A program made the position numbers and the translations under genes. The notes below the pieces were generated by a model. The model saw only the letters and a list, made by a program, of their open reading frames with translations. It was not told the DNA's origin and searched no databases. A stretch of DNA of 64,000 nt from Desulfonauticus sp. 38_4375. Its GTDB lineage: Bacteria; Desulfobacterota; Desulfovibrionia; Desulfovibrionales; Desulfonatronovibrionaceae. The stretch lies in contig LGER01000002.1 of the NCBI GenBank assembly GCA_001507915.1, positions 10,804 through 74,803 on the forward strand. The letters are read 5' to 3'. Below, piece after piece: positions 1 through 9,335 of the stretch; positions within the stretch are counted from its first letter, which is position 1, and every line of letters begins with the position of its first letter.

Positions 1-1
1 A

Positions 2-1096
2 GGTGAAAGTATTTTAGGAGTTGGACCGGAGTTAAAAAATACCATTTGCTTTTTAAAGGACAACCAGGCTTTTGTCTCTCAACATATAGGAGACTTAAAA
101 AATTTGGAAACCTATGAGTTTTTTTTAGAAATTGTAAAACATCTGGAAAATATCCTGGAAGTATCTCCCAAAGCAGTAGTGAGAGATTTACATCCAGACT
201 ATCTTAGTAGCTCTTTTGCCCAGGAATATGCTAAAGAAAAAAATATCCCTCTTTTTAGTTTGCAGCATCATTATGCCCACCTTTATGCTTTATTGGCAGA
301 GCATAAACTCCAAACTCCTCTTCTGGGTTGGGCTGTAGATGGTACTGGTTTGGGAGAAGATGGGAATATCTGGGGCGGAGAATTGCTTTATGTAGAAGCA
401 GAAAACCTGGAGAGGAAAAGGCTTGTTTCCTTTAGCCCTTTGCCTTTGCCAGGAGGAGAAAAGGCTGTTTTAGAGCCCTGGCGTATAGCCTTGGGAGTAC
501 TTTGGTTGTTACAGGAAGATATGGATTATAACTGGCCCTGGAAGAAGTACAATTTAAACAACCTGCAATTACTCTTTTCTATGCTGGAAAAGCAAATAAA
601 CACTCCCTGGTCTTCTAGTCTGGGGCGGATTTTTGATGGAGTGGCAGCGCTTCTTGGGCTTGTTAAGCACATTTCCTACGAAGGACAGGCAGCTATTAGG
701 CTGGAAAAGATTCAAGATGTTCAGGAAAAGAAAATCTATACCTGGAAGACCATAGAAAAAGAAGACCTTCTTGTAGTGGATACCCTTTTTCTATTTCAAC
801 AAATTATCAGGGATATCAAAGACCAGGTAAGTCCTGCTCAAATAAGCAGGCGTTTTCATTTAACCATTGCTCAAATTCTTACTGAACTTGGCGTCCATTT
901 TGCTAAAAAAATGGGAGTGGAGTTTTTAGGATTTAGTGGGGGAGTGATGCAAAATATTTCTCTAAATAAACTTTTAATCAGCAACCTTACCCAAAAACAG
1001 GTAAAGTTATTGCTCCACCAACAACTTCCACCCAATGATGGTTGTATTTCTTTGGGACAGGCCTATTTTGGCCGTTTGCAATTGGAACATGTCTAA
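2..1096 (+). CDS. hypF: [NiFe]-hydrogenase maturation carbamoyltransferase HypF, C-terminal portion (5' end upstream of window)
   Basis: The frame of ORF 104..1096 stays open back to nt 2, so the gene enters from upstream. The upstream in-frame translation GESILGVGPELKNTICFLKDNQAFVSQHIGDLKNLETYE and the C-terminal FSGGVMQN...NDGCISLGQA resemble the Kae1-like C-terminal domain of HypF. Confidence 0.8.
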   Translation, partial: GESILGVGPELKNTICFLKDNQAFVSQHIGDLKNLETYEFFLEIVKHLENILEVSPKAVVRDLHPDYLSSSFAQEYAKEKNIPLFSLQHHYAHLYALLAEHKLQTPLLGWAVDGTGLGEDGNIWGGELLYVEAENLERKRLVSFSPLPLPGGEKAVLEPWRIALGVLWLLQEDMDYNWPWKKYNLNNLQLLFSMLEKQINTPWSSSLGRIFDGVAALLGLVKHISYEGQAAIRLEKIQDVQEKKIYTWKTIEKEDLLVVDTLFLFQQIIRDIKDQVSPAQISRRFHLTIAQILTELGVHFAKKMGVEFLGFSGGVMQNISLNKLLISNLTQKQVKLLLHQQLPPNDGCISLGQAYFGRLQLEHV

Positions 1097-2621
1097 AAGA
1101 ATTTTGGTCATAAATTTGACGAGGTTTGGAGATATTATCCAGAGCCAGCCTCTTTTTTCTTATCTACACCAGCAGGGAAAAGAGGTTGCTTTATTGTGTC
1201 TGGAAAATTTTCAAGCGGCAGCCAGGCTTTTGCAGTATGTGGATAAAATTTATACCTTTCCTGGAGGAGAGATTTTAGCTTCTTTGAGTAAAGATAAGTG
1301 GTGGAAAGGCCTTGAACAGCTTTTTGCTTCTTTAGAGCGAATAAAAAGGGACTTTCAGCCTGAACAGGTTATCAATTTAACTCCTTCTTTGTCTGCTAAA
1401 ATTTTGACTCTGGTTTTGGGAAAGGAGACTCTGGGCTTTGCCTTGGATAAATGGGGATTTAGTACCTACAACAATAGCTGGGCAGCTTTTTTACAAGCTT
1501 CTTCTAAATTTAGAGAGGCTTCTCCTATAAACCTAATAGACCTTTATTTAGGGATTGTAGATTCCCAAAAACAAGCAAACGTAAGACTAGAGCTAAGAGC
1601 TACCTCTGAGGACAGTATTGGAAAATGGAAGAAATTTTTCCACTTACCCCCAGGATATGGGCTAATAGGCTTTCAACTGGGAGCAAGTGACAATAAAAGA
1701 AGATGGCCTGTGGCTTATTTTGTCAGGGTGGGAAAAATTTGCCTCCAAAAATTTAAACTTATTCCAGTGTTGCTGGGTACTGAGAGCGAAATAGAACTGG
1801 CTAACAGGTTTGAACAATTGGCAGATTATTCCCATTTTAACCTTGTGGGCAAGACTGAGCTTAAGGACCTGCAAGCTATTTTAAGCCAGCTTACTCTTTT
1901 ACTTACCAATGATACAGGCACCATGCATCTTGCTGCAGGAACTAATTTAAAAGTAGTAGCTCTTTTTTTGGCTACTGCCCAGGCCTGGGATACAGGACCT
2001 TATTTAGAAGATTGTATTTGCTTAGAGCCTAATTTAGATTGCCATCCCTGTAATTTTGATCAAGTATGTAATGATTATAAGTGTAGATATGCTATACAAC
2101 CAGAAGATGTTATTTTAGCAATTAAACTTGTCCTGGATAAAGAATATAAATCCTTATCCTTAAATAGTAGAATTTATAAAACAACATTTTTAAATAATAC
2201 TTATTTTTTAGAAAATTTAAATCATAATAAGGATAAAAGATATCTCAATATGTCTTTTTTTCACTTTTTTTATTTTAATTTTTTAGTTAATAATTTAGAT
2301 TTTAAAAATAAGCATAATTTTGTAGCATTAAAACTAGATGATAAGCTAAAACAAGAACTTTCAGAAATAGAAAGTTATTTTTTTCTTTTTAAAGAACAAC
2401 TAAGAAGCATAAGTGCCTATCCCCTTACCAAAAGAAAACAAAAAATTTCTTTATTTCACTTAAAATTAACTTCCAAACTGGAACAGACCAGGTATTTTTA
2501 TCCCTTAACCCATCTCTGGTTAGCTCAATCTCAGCAAGGGTTTTCCTCAGTAGATGATTTTTACCAATTAGCCCACCAATATCACTCCTTTTTAAGAAAA
2601 GTTAAAGAAAAATTTTTTTAA
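1089..2621 (+). CDS. glycosyltransferase family 9 (heptosyltransferase-like) with long C-terminal extension
   Basis: ORF 1035..2621. Preferred start is ATG 1089 (MSKRILVINLTRFGDIIQSQP is a GT9 N-terminus), overlapping the hypF stop as ATGTCTAA. TNDTGTMHLAAG and the CHPC...C...C cluster are GT9-like. The last ~170 aa are AT-rich and of unknown fold. Confidence 0.75.
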   Translation: MSKRILVINLTRFGDIIQSQPLFSYLHQQGKEVALLCLENFQAAARLLQYVDKIYTFPGGEILASLSKDKWWKGLEQLFASLERIKRDFQPEQVINLTPSLSAKILTLVLGKETLGFALDKWGFSTYNNSWAAFLQASSKFREASPINLIDLYLGIVDSQKQANVRLELRATSEDSIGKWKKFFHLPPGYGLIGFQLGASDNKRRWPVAYFVRVGKICLQKFKLIPVLLGTESEIELANRFEQLADYSHFNLVGKTELKDLQAILSQLTLLLTNDTGTMHLAAGTNLKVVALFLATAQAWDTGPYLEDCICLEPNLDCHPCNFDQVCNDYKCRYAIQPEDVILAIKLVLDKEYKSLSLNSRIYKTTFLNNTYFLENLNHNKDKRYLNMSFFHFFYFNFLVNNLDFKNKHNFVALKLDDKLKQELSEIESYFFLFKEQLRSISAYPLTKRKQKISLFHLKLTSKLEQTRYFYPLTHLWLAQSQQGFSSVDDFYQLAHQYHSFLRKVKEKFF

Positions 2622-2675
2622 CTTGGTATATTTTTTGAATTCTTTTTTAAAAAGAACTTTTGGAGGAGGCCAATA

Positions 2676-3281
2676 ATGATAGTTATCGATGGGCAAAAGC
2701 TCGATTTAGAAGTAAAAAAATTTAATAATTTAGAAGAGTTGTTGGTAAAAGTAATGGCTGAAGAGCCTTTAAAAAACAGGGTTATAACAGATGTCTATGT
2801 TAATGACGAAGCCTTTTCAGAGATCTATCCTCATCAAGCTGAAGACATTGAAACTGAAGAAATAGAGAAAATAGAGATTAAAACAGTTAGTGTGGATAAG
2901 CTGGCAATAGATATTACCAGAGAGCTTTATAAGGTGATAAATTTACTACTTAAGGGAGGCAAAGAAGTTAGCGAGCTTTTTCGGGAAACTAATGACTTTG
3001 AAGCCCTGGATATGTATCAAGATTTTCTACAGGTACTTAGGGACTTTATGGGTATGATTGGGGCTATAAGGCAGGAACTTAACTTAATAGCAGTGCCACA
3101 TTTAGAAGAAAATCTGGAAATTTTATCAGATCTTTTTACCGAAATACTGGATGTTCAAAAAAATGAAGACTGGATTTTGCTGGCTGATTTAATTGAGTAT
3201 GAATTGCTACCTCATTTAGAGGAGTGGAAGAAGATAGTAAGTGATTTAAGAGAAGAAGTAAAAAAGGTTGCCAAAAATTAG
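2676..3281 (+). CDS. hypothetical acidic protein
   Basis: 201-aa ORF with GGAGGAGG 6 nt upstream of the ATG. No family recognised. Confidence 0.6.
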   Translation: MIVIDGQKLDLEVKKFNNLEELLVKVMAEEPLKNRVITDVYVNDEAFSEIYPHQAEDIETEEIEKIEIKTVSVDKLAIDITRELYKVINLLLKGGKEVSELFRETNDFEALDMYQDFLQVLRDFMGMIGAIRQELNLIAVPHLEENLEILSDLFTEILDVQKNEDWILLADLIEYELLPHLEEWKKIVSDLREEVKKVAKN

Positions 3282-3285
3282 AGCC

Positions 3286-3600
3286 ATGAAAACTATTTAT
3301 GATATCTATACCCAGGAAAAAAAAGCCCTTCAAAGTGAAGATATAGAGCAGGCGTTTGCTTTGGCTCAAAAAAGAGAAGAAGCAATAAGAGAGGTTTTAC
3401 AAAGTGATAGAGGCCAGCTGGAGAAGATAATTCATCTGAGAGAAGAAAATAAAAAGTTGATTGCCCTGGCTAAAGAATTACAAAAAAAGATTAAGGAAGA
3501 GTTAAAAAAGGTTAGCCAGGAAAATAAAAGGTTTTTGGGTTATAAAGAAGCCAGCAAAGTTAAAAGTATTTATGGTCAATATCTTAACAAGCGAGGATAG
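3286..3600 (+). CDS. hypothetical coiled-coil protein (possibly chaperone-like, FlgN/FliT-sized)
   Basis: ORF 3268..3600 starts at TTG in the track; ATG 3286 lies 4 nt after the upstream stop. It is charged and helical. The function is a guess. Confidence 0.45.
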   Translation: MKTIYDIYTQEKKALQSEDIEQAFALAQKREEAIREVLQSDRGQLEKIIHLREENKKLIALAKELQKKIKEELKKVSQENKRFLGYKEASKVKSIYGQYLNKRG

Positions 3601-3644
3601 AATCCACTAGACTAAAAGCAAAAAGTGTTTATATAAATACTAAG

Positions 3645-3763
3645 CCTGGGATGTTAGTGAAGGTTAGTTGTTGGGGGACTAACACCAAGTAAAAAGAAAG
3701 GGCTGGTCCCATTAAAGAGACGAGTCCCAACCTCAATTAACTCACGGCATCCTGGGTTTTTTT
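3645..3763 (+). ncRNA. candidate structured small RNA or 3'-UTR element ending in a U tract
   Basis: CCUGGGAUG (3645-3653) pairs with CAUCCUGGG (3748-3756), including 2 G-U pairs, and is followed directly by U7 (3757-3763). An inner GUGA (3657-3660) pairs with UCAC (3742-3745). A hairpin forms between GUUAGU (3663-3668) and ACUAAC (3678-3683). A possible promoter is TAGACT (3608-3613), N18, TATAAA (3632-3637). The region has no long ORF. Confidence 0.45.
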
Positions 3764-3781
3764 ATTTTTTCTTCCTTGGAG

Positions 3782-3810
3782 TTGACCTCTTTTTAAAAAA
3801 AAATTATTTT
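3782..3810 (+). promoter_or_regulatory. candidate sigma70-type promoter for the 3841 operon
   Basis: TTGACC (3782-3787), N17, TATTTT (3805-3810), located downstream of the U tract and upstream of AGGAG plus ATG 3841. Confidence 0.25.
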
Positions 3811-3840
3811 CTCATCCTAAAAAAATTAGGAGTTTACCTT

Positions 3841-4908
3841 ATGCTTTCTCGCTTTTACCTGGTCTTTTTGGTTCTTGTAAGTTTTATTCTTTATTTTTCT
3901 ACGTTTTCCTGGGCTGAAAACAAGCGCATAGTATTAGTGCACAGTTATGACTGTGATGATGCTTGCGGAGGACCTCAAAGGGAGGGAGTATTAGAAGCCT
4001 TTAATAGTTCTCCTTTGGCTGGAAAGGTTGAGTTTTTTGATTTTTACATGGATACAAAAAATAAAAATGTAGAGCATAAATCAATTATAAAAGTAGCAAA
4101 AGAGGCCATAGAGTTTATAAAGAAAATAAATCCTGAAATAATTATATGCTTTGATGACAACTCCTTTTTATACGTTGGAATGAATTTTTTAAAAGATAAG
4201 AACAAGAGCATTGTGTTTACTGGATTAAATGGATTACCAGAAGATTATAACAAAATTTTTAATTTTATGATAAGCAGAGAAAAGCCTGGATATAATGTAA
4301 CTGGAGTATATGAAAAACTTTATGTTCAGAAAAGTATAAATGTATTTAAACATATCTTGCCTAATCTAAAGACCGTATTGGTTATTACAGATAATACTAC
4401 TACTGGAAAAGCCTTGAGCAAGCAAATATTTTTAGAAACTAAAGACTTAACAGATATTGAAATAAAAAACATAGTTGTTGAGAATTTTGAAGAATACAAG
4501 AAGATAATTTTAGAAATAAATAAAAAAAAGCAGGTAGATGCTATTTATCCTTTGGCTTTATCTCTTAGGCAAGGTAAGCAGATAGTAGGACCTAATGAAA
4601 TATTAGCCTGGACCATAAAGAATTCTAGGATTCCAGATATTGCTGTTAATTATTATTTTTGTCAGTTAGGCCTTTTAGGTGGAGCTACAGTGGATTTTAA
4701 GGAAATGGGTAAGCAGGCAGGAGAAAAAGCTATAAAAATTTTGCAAGGAGTAGCTGCAGGAAATATCCCTATAGATGATGCCAGAGCTTATGCTTTGGCC
4801 TTTAATATTCAAAGGGCTAAGATGCTAGGTTTAAATATACCGAAAAATATTCTTTTTGCTGCTCATAGAATATATAAGGATATTAAGGTATTTGAGTATG
4901 AAAAATAA
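3841..4908 (+). CDS. periplasmic ABC-type substrate-binding-like protein (ABC_sub_bind-like), probable sensor partner
   Basis: N-terminal signal/TM segment LVFLVLVSFILYFSTFSWA. Periplasmic-binding-fold-like length. Its stop overlaps the start of the downstream kinase. Confidence 0.55.
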   Translation: MLSRFYLVFLVLVSFILYFSTFSWAENKRIVLVHSYDCDDACGGPQREGVLEAFNSSPLAGKVEFFDFYMDTKNKNVEHKSIIKVAKEAIEFIKKINPEIIICFDDNSFLYVGMNFLKDKNKSIVFTGLNGLPEDYNKIFNFMISREKPGYNVTGVYEKLYVQKSINVFKHILPNLKTVLVITDNTTTGKALSKQIFLETKDLTDIEIKNIVVENFEEYKKIILEINKKKQVDAIYPLALSLRQGKQIVGPNEILAWTIKNSRIPDIAVNYYFCQLGLLGGATVDFKEMGKQAGEKAIKILQGVAAGNIPIDDARAYALAFNIQRAKMLGLNIPKNILFAAHRIYKDIKVFEYEK

Positions 4909-7033
4909 ACCGAAATCTTTACAGGTTAAGTTCTTATCAATATTTTTTATTTTTTTCTTTTCCTTTGTTTTGCTTCTTTCGATTTCACTATATTTATATA
5001 ATTACTTGTATAATGAATATATAAAAGAGAATATAGACTCTTCTACTTTTTATATAGATAAAATATTGAATAATGAAGCTCAAAATATACTTGAAAAAAC
5101 TTATCAAATATCTAAAGATAATGTTTTAGGGGTTGTTTTATCTTTAGATTTACCATTTTATGGAGAAAAAAGACTTAAAGAATTACTTAAAAGTAGTAGT
5201 ATTGAGCATATAAATATTTTAGATATAAATGACAATTTGGTGTTTTCTACTTCTGAGAATGAAAATTTTAAAAAATATAAATTAAAAAAAGATGTAGAAT
5301 TTGCTTTTCTAGATTCAAAAATATATTTGTCAGTTAAAGTTCCAATTTTACATGAAAGTATGAAAAGAATAGGGTACTTGGTTAGTTTTTCTCCTCTTCC
5401 TGGAGATAGTTTTTTAAAAGAGCTTTCTCAGAAAAACCAGCTGGGCTTAGCTGTAAAGTGGGGAGATAAATTTGTTGTAGGCTCTTCCTGGCTGGATTTA
5501 GATAAGTTAAACTCTCTTAAGGTCTCAGGAGTAGATGAGTATCGCTCTTGGGAAAAGGGGTTTTATTTAAAACCATTATCTTTTAAATTTTCCGGGGCAA
5601 ATCTGGATTTATTTGTAATTAAAAGACTAGATGAGTTCATTCAAAGATTTAAAAACTATGCTTATATTTCTTTAATAAGCTTAATCCTTTTGGGGTTTAT
5701 CTTCTTTTTAGCTGTTTTTTTTCTGCATAAAAATGTAATCAGCCCTTTATCTAAACTTACCCTTCTTGCTAAAAGAATAGAATTAAATGAAGATATAGAT
5801 TGGCAAAAAGAAAATGAAAAGTTTCATTTAGATGAGTTTGGCTATCTTTACCAACAGGTAAAAAAAATGGTTTTGGCTTTAAAAGAAGAAACTCAAAGGG
5901 TTGAAAAGGCCAATAAATTAAAGGATAACTTTTTAGCTACCATCAGCCATGAAATTAGAACTCCTTTAAATGTAATTTTAGGCCTAACTCAGGTCCTGGA
6001 AACAAAATTAAAAATACCTGAAAATCAAAAATATTTATCTTTAATAAAAAATTCTGCTAACAACCTGGTATTAATACTAAACGATCTTTTAGATTTTTCT
6101 AAATTAAAAGCAGGCTCTTTAGAATTAAAAAATAAAACCAATAATTTAAGTTTTATTCTAAAAAATATTGCCCATACTTATCAGATTCAATGTGAGAATA
6201 AAAATCTAGAATTTATATTTGATTGTAATCTAGCAGATTCTTTTTGGGTATATTGTGATAAGCTTCGTTTAGAACAAGTTTTAAACAATTTATTATCCAA
6301 TGCTTTAAAATTTACCTCTGAAGGTAAAATTATTTTCTCTTCAACTGTAATAAAAGAAGAAAAGGATATTGCTTGGGTTAAATTTTTAATAAAGGATACA
6401 GGAATAGGTATTCCTCTAGAAAAACAAAAGGATATATTTAAACCCTTTATACAGGTAAGTACAGGGTTGAACCGAGAATATAGTGGTACAGGCTTGGGAT
6501 TAGCTATTGCCTGGGAATTGGTAAAAAAAATGGGAGGAGAAGGAATAGAATGTAAGAGTATTCCTGATCAGGGAACAGAGTTTTCTTTTATCTTGCCTTT
6601 TACCCTGGATGTTCCCAAGCAAAAGGAAGAAGAGAAGTTAAGTTTAAAAAGGACAACAAAAGAAAATTATAAAATATTGTTAGCTGATGATAGTCTGGAT
6701 AATAGAATTTTAATGACAGAAGTATTTAAGATTTTAGGGCAGGACAACTTTATTGTTGTAGAAAATGGAGAAGAAGTCTTAAATTTATTGCAAAGGGATA
6801 ATCACTTTGACTTAATCTTTTTAGATATAGAAATGCCTAAATTAAATGGTCTTGAATGCACAAAAAAGATAAGGGATTTAGGAGTAAAGGTTCCAATTGT
6901 AATTATTACTGGTCATGTGCTGGAAGAAATAAAAGAAAAAGCCTTTCAACTGGGAGTTAATTTCTTTTTAACCAAACCCTTTGATTTGAAAGATATAGAA
7001 AATATTTTTAAACAGGTAAAAAAAATAGATTAA
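4898..7033 (+). CDS. hybrid sensor histidine kinase (TM - periplasmic region - TM - HisKA - HATPase - REC)
   Basis: ORF 4856..7033; preferred start ATG 4898 (MKNKPKS). H-box LATISHEIRTPLN, G-box GTGLGLAI, receiver DLIFLDIEMPKLNG. Confidence 0.85.
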   Translation: MKNKPKSLQVKFLSIFFIFFFSFVLLLSISLYLYNYLYNEYIKENIDSSTFYIDKILNNEAQNILEKTYQISKDNVLGVVLSLDLPFYGEKRLKELLKSSSIEHINILDINDNLVFSTSENENFKKYKLKKDVEFAFLDSKIYLSVKVPILHESMKRIGYLVSFSPLPGDSFLKELSQKNQLGLAVKWGDKFVVGSSWLDLDKLNSLKVSGVDEYRSWEKGFYLKPLSFKFSGANLDLFVIKRLDEFIQRFKNYAYISLISLILLGFIFFLAVFFLHKNVISPLSKLTLLAKRIELNEDIDWQKENEKFHLDEFGYLYQQVKKMVLALKEETQRVEKANKLKDNFLATISHEIRTPLNVILGLTQVLETKLKIPENQKYLSLIKNSANNLVLILNDLLDFSKLKAGSLELKNKTNNLSFILKNIAHTYQIQCENKNLEFIFDCNLADSFWVYCDKLRLEQVLNNLLSNALKFTSEGKIIFSSTVIKEEKDIAWVKFLIKDTGIGIPLEKQKDIFKPFIQVSTGLNREYSGTGLGLAIAWELVKKMGGEGIECKSIPDQGTEFSFILPFTLDVPKQKEEEKLSLKRTTKENYKILLADDSLDNRILMTEVFKILGQDNFIVVENGEEVLNLLQRDNHFDLIFLDIEMPKLNGLECTKKIRDLGVKVPIVIITGHVLEEIKEKAFQLGVNFFLTKPFDLKDIENIFKQVKKID

Positions 7034-7137
7034 TCTTTTCTTCAAAAGACACAATTTTCTATTTTTCCTATTTTATCTGTTGACAAAAAAAAATCTTGTA
7101 ATAAGTTCTCCCCTTTAATTTTTTAAGGAGTTCTGGA

Positions 7138-8037
7138 ATGCGTTTAGATTGGCAGGTAATTAAGGCTGATTTACTTCTTTTGCTTACTGCTTTTATCTGG
7201 GGAGCTGCTTTTGTAGCTCAGAGGGTAGGCATGGACAGTCTTACCCCTTTTTATTTTAATGCTATTCGTTTTGCCCTGGGTTCTCTTAGTCTCTTACCTT
7301 TAATTTACTTTACTTATAAAGATAAAGAACCTCAATCTTTTTTTAAAGAATTGAAACCTTCTTTAAAAGCAGGCTTTATTTTGGGAGTTCTTTTGTTTTT
7401 AGGAAGCTCCTTTCAGCAGGTTGGAATGGTTTATACCACTGCAGGCAAAGCTGGTTTTATTACCGGACTTTATGTAGTTATTGTCCCTTTGCTTGGAATA
7501 TTTTTCAAACAAAAAATTAGAATAGAGATTATTATAGGGGTTTTATTTTCTGTAGTTGGACTTTATTTACTTTCCATAAAAGAAGACTTTTCTATGGATT
7601 ATGGAGATTTTTTGGTTTTAATTTGTTCCCTTATGTTTTCCTTTCATGTTTTAGCTATTGCCTATTTTGCTCCTAAACGAGATTGTATTTTGCTTTCTGC
7701 TATTCAATTTGCTGTAAATTCCCTTATTAGTTTATTCGTAGCTTTAGTTTTAGAAAGTATTACTCTTCAAAATATTTATGATGCCCTAATTCCTTTGCTC
7801 TATGGTGGCTTTATGTCTGCTGGGGTTGCTTATACTCTTCAGGTGGTGGCCCAAAGAGATGCTCCCCCAGCCCATGCTTCTATTCTTTTGAGCTTAGAAT
7901 CTGTGTTTGCAGCTTTAACTGGTTGGTTCTTGCTTGGAGAAACCCTTTCCTCCCGTTCTTTTTGGGGGTGTGTGTTAATGTTTAGTGGAGCTATTGTTGC
8001 CCAGGTTTATCCCTATATTTTTAGAAAAAGTAAGTAG
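7138..8037 (+). CDS. EamA/DMT-family transporter
   Basis: 299 aa, about 10 TM segments in two EamA-like halves, with AAGGAG upstream. Confidence 0.7.
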   Translation: MRLDWQVIKADLLLLLTAFIWGAAFVAQRVGMDSLTPFYFNAIRFALGSLSLLPLIYFTYKDKEPQSFFKELKPSLKAGFILGVLLFLGSSFQQVGMVYTTAGKAGFITGLYVVIVPLLGIFFKQKIRIEIIIGVLFSVVGLYLLSIKEDFSMDYGDFLVLICSLMFSFHVLAIAYFAPKRDCILLSAIQFAVNSLISLFVALVLESITLQNIYDALIPLLYGGFMSAGVAYTLQVVAQRDAPPAHASILLSLESVFAALTGWFLLGETLSSRSFWGCVLMFSGAIVAQVYPYIFRKSK

Positions 8038-8377
8038 TTGGGTTTTCTACTGGTTTATCTTCATTTAACCACTTGAGACCTTTGATATTGCGTACAATCC
8101 ACCAGATTAAGAGAAATATAAAAACTAAATAGCCAATGAGGATAAAAGATAAAATTACACCTATTATTCCAGTTACAAAACTTATCCAGAAAGTTCTTAT
8201 TTGCCAGCGAAAGTGGGTGTTAATCCATTCTGGGTTTTCTGAACTCTGGTAAATATAAGCCATTATTACTGCAATGATACTGGTTACACCAAAGATTAAA
8301 GAAGCTAGATTTAGAAAATAGATTATTTTAGCAGTTTTCTTTAAACTCTCTACAGAGCCTTTGACCTCTTCACTCAT
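8021..8377 (-). CDS. small integral membrane protein (COG3671/DUF4870-like)
   Basis: 118 aa with hydrophobic segments and an HFRWQIRTFW motif. GGAGGTG lies upstream on the minus strand. Family assignment is tentative. Confidence 0.55.
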   Translation of the reverse strand: MSEEVKGSVESLKKTAKIIYFLNLASLIFGVTSIIAVIMAYIYQSSENPEWINTHFRWQIRTFWISFVTGIIGVILSFILIGYLVFIFLLIWWIVRNIKGLKWLNEDKPVENPTTYFF

Positions 8378-8667
8378 TTTTCACCTCCTTTTATTTTATT
8401 TTTTAGTTTTGCATAAAAAAATATTTTAGTCAATAATTGTCATAAGATAAGATGTTTGTTTTGGCTTTTAAAATACCTAATGGATTTAGGGTTATTTGAT
8501 TATTTTTCTGAAAGAAACCCTTTTTGTCAGTTTTAAAGCCTAATCTGCTGATTTTCCTTTAATTGCCTTAAATAACAGAAAAAACCAGGCAAAAAAAAAC
8601 TTTTTTTTTTAGTTAGATAAAGGTAAACAAAAGGGGTTTTTTACTTCGGCTTAGTGGAGGTTTTAAG

Positions 8668-9321
8668 ATGAGTGAATTTTTAGAAAAATTTTGGGAAATG
8701 AGGTTAAATAAGGTTAAGGAAAAGTTGGAAAAGAATAAGTTTTCAGCGTATGTGGTACCTTCTGAAGAGGAAGCTAGAAAACTGGTTTTAGAAAAGTTAT
8801 TGCCAGCTATTAATCCTTCTAGCCTTTCCTGGGGAGGCTCCATGACCTTTGTGCAAAGTGGGCTTTATGATTTGCTGAGAAAAAGAGAAGATATAGAAGT
8901 CATTGATACTTATCGTAAAGACATTTCTCCAGAAGAGGCTTTGGAAAACAGAAGAAGGGCGCTTTTGGTGGATCTCTTTTTTACCGGGACCAATGCCCTT
9001 ACTGAAGATGGCTGGTTGGTAAATCTGGACATGATTGGCAATAGAGTAGGGGCTTTAGCCTTTGGTCCTAAAAAGGTCATTGTGCTTGTGGGAAGAAATA
9101 AGATTGTCTCTGACCTGGATGAAGCAATGCTGAGAGTAAAACAGTTAAGTGCTCCAGCTAATACTATGCGCTTAAATAAAAAAACTCCTTGTCTTACCAC
9201 TGGAGAGTGTCACGATTGTAACAGTCCAGATAGAATCTGTAATGTGTGGACTATTCACGAAAAATGTTTTCCAGAAAAAAGAATTACAGTAATTTTGATT
9301 AATAAAGACTTGGGACTTTAA
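8668..9321 (+). CDS. LUD-domain (lactate-utilisation LutC/YkgG-like) protein
   Basis: 217 aa with GGAGG upstream. Size and pattern are typical of stand-alone LUD-domain proteins, with a C-terminal CHDCNSPDRIC cluster. Confidence 0.55.
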   Translation: MSEFLEKFWEMRLNKVKEKLEKNKFSAYVVPSEEEARKLVLEKLLPAINPSSLSWGGSMTFVQSGLYDLLRKREDIEVIDTYRKDISPEEALENRRRALLVDLFFTGTNALTEDGWLVNLDMIGNRVGALAFGPKKVIVLVGRNKIVSDLDEAMLRVKQLSAPANTMRLNKKTPCLTTGECHDCNSPDRICNVWTIHEKCFPEKRITVILINKDLGL

Positions 9322-9335
9322 AGAGAGGAAAGCTG

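Noticed and set aside
1662-1874. Assorted 60-120-aa antisense ORFs, for example 1662..1874, 3136..3369, 8613..8843, 8910..9200, 12198..12506, 42400..42883, 45028..45765, 48934..49278, 51068..51554 and 57756..58107
   Set aside because: Each is embedded in or antisense to a longer ORF with clear family motifs. None has an SD-like sequence or recognisable domain.
3645-3763. Assignment of the structured RNA to SRP RNA, 6S RNA or a known riboswitch class
   Set aside because: It lacks the SRP domain IV GGAA/AGCA motifs and is too short for 6S. It lacks the conserved cores I remember for the c-di-GMP, fluoride, ZTP, glycine and guanidine classes. It is kept only as an unclassified candidate.
8591-8610. 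A9-C-T10 palindromic homopolymer pair in the divergent intergenic region
   Set aside because: A pure A/U hairpin would be unstable. It is probably just AT-rich promoter or curvature DNA. It is noted only as another homopolymer prone to length errors.
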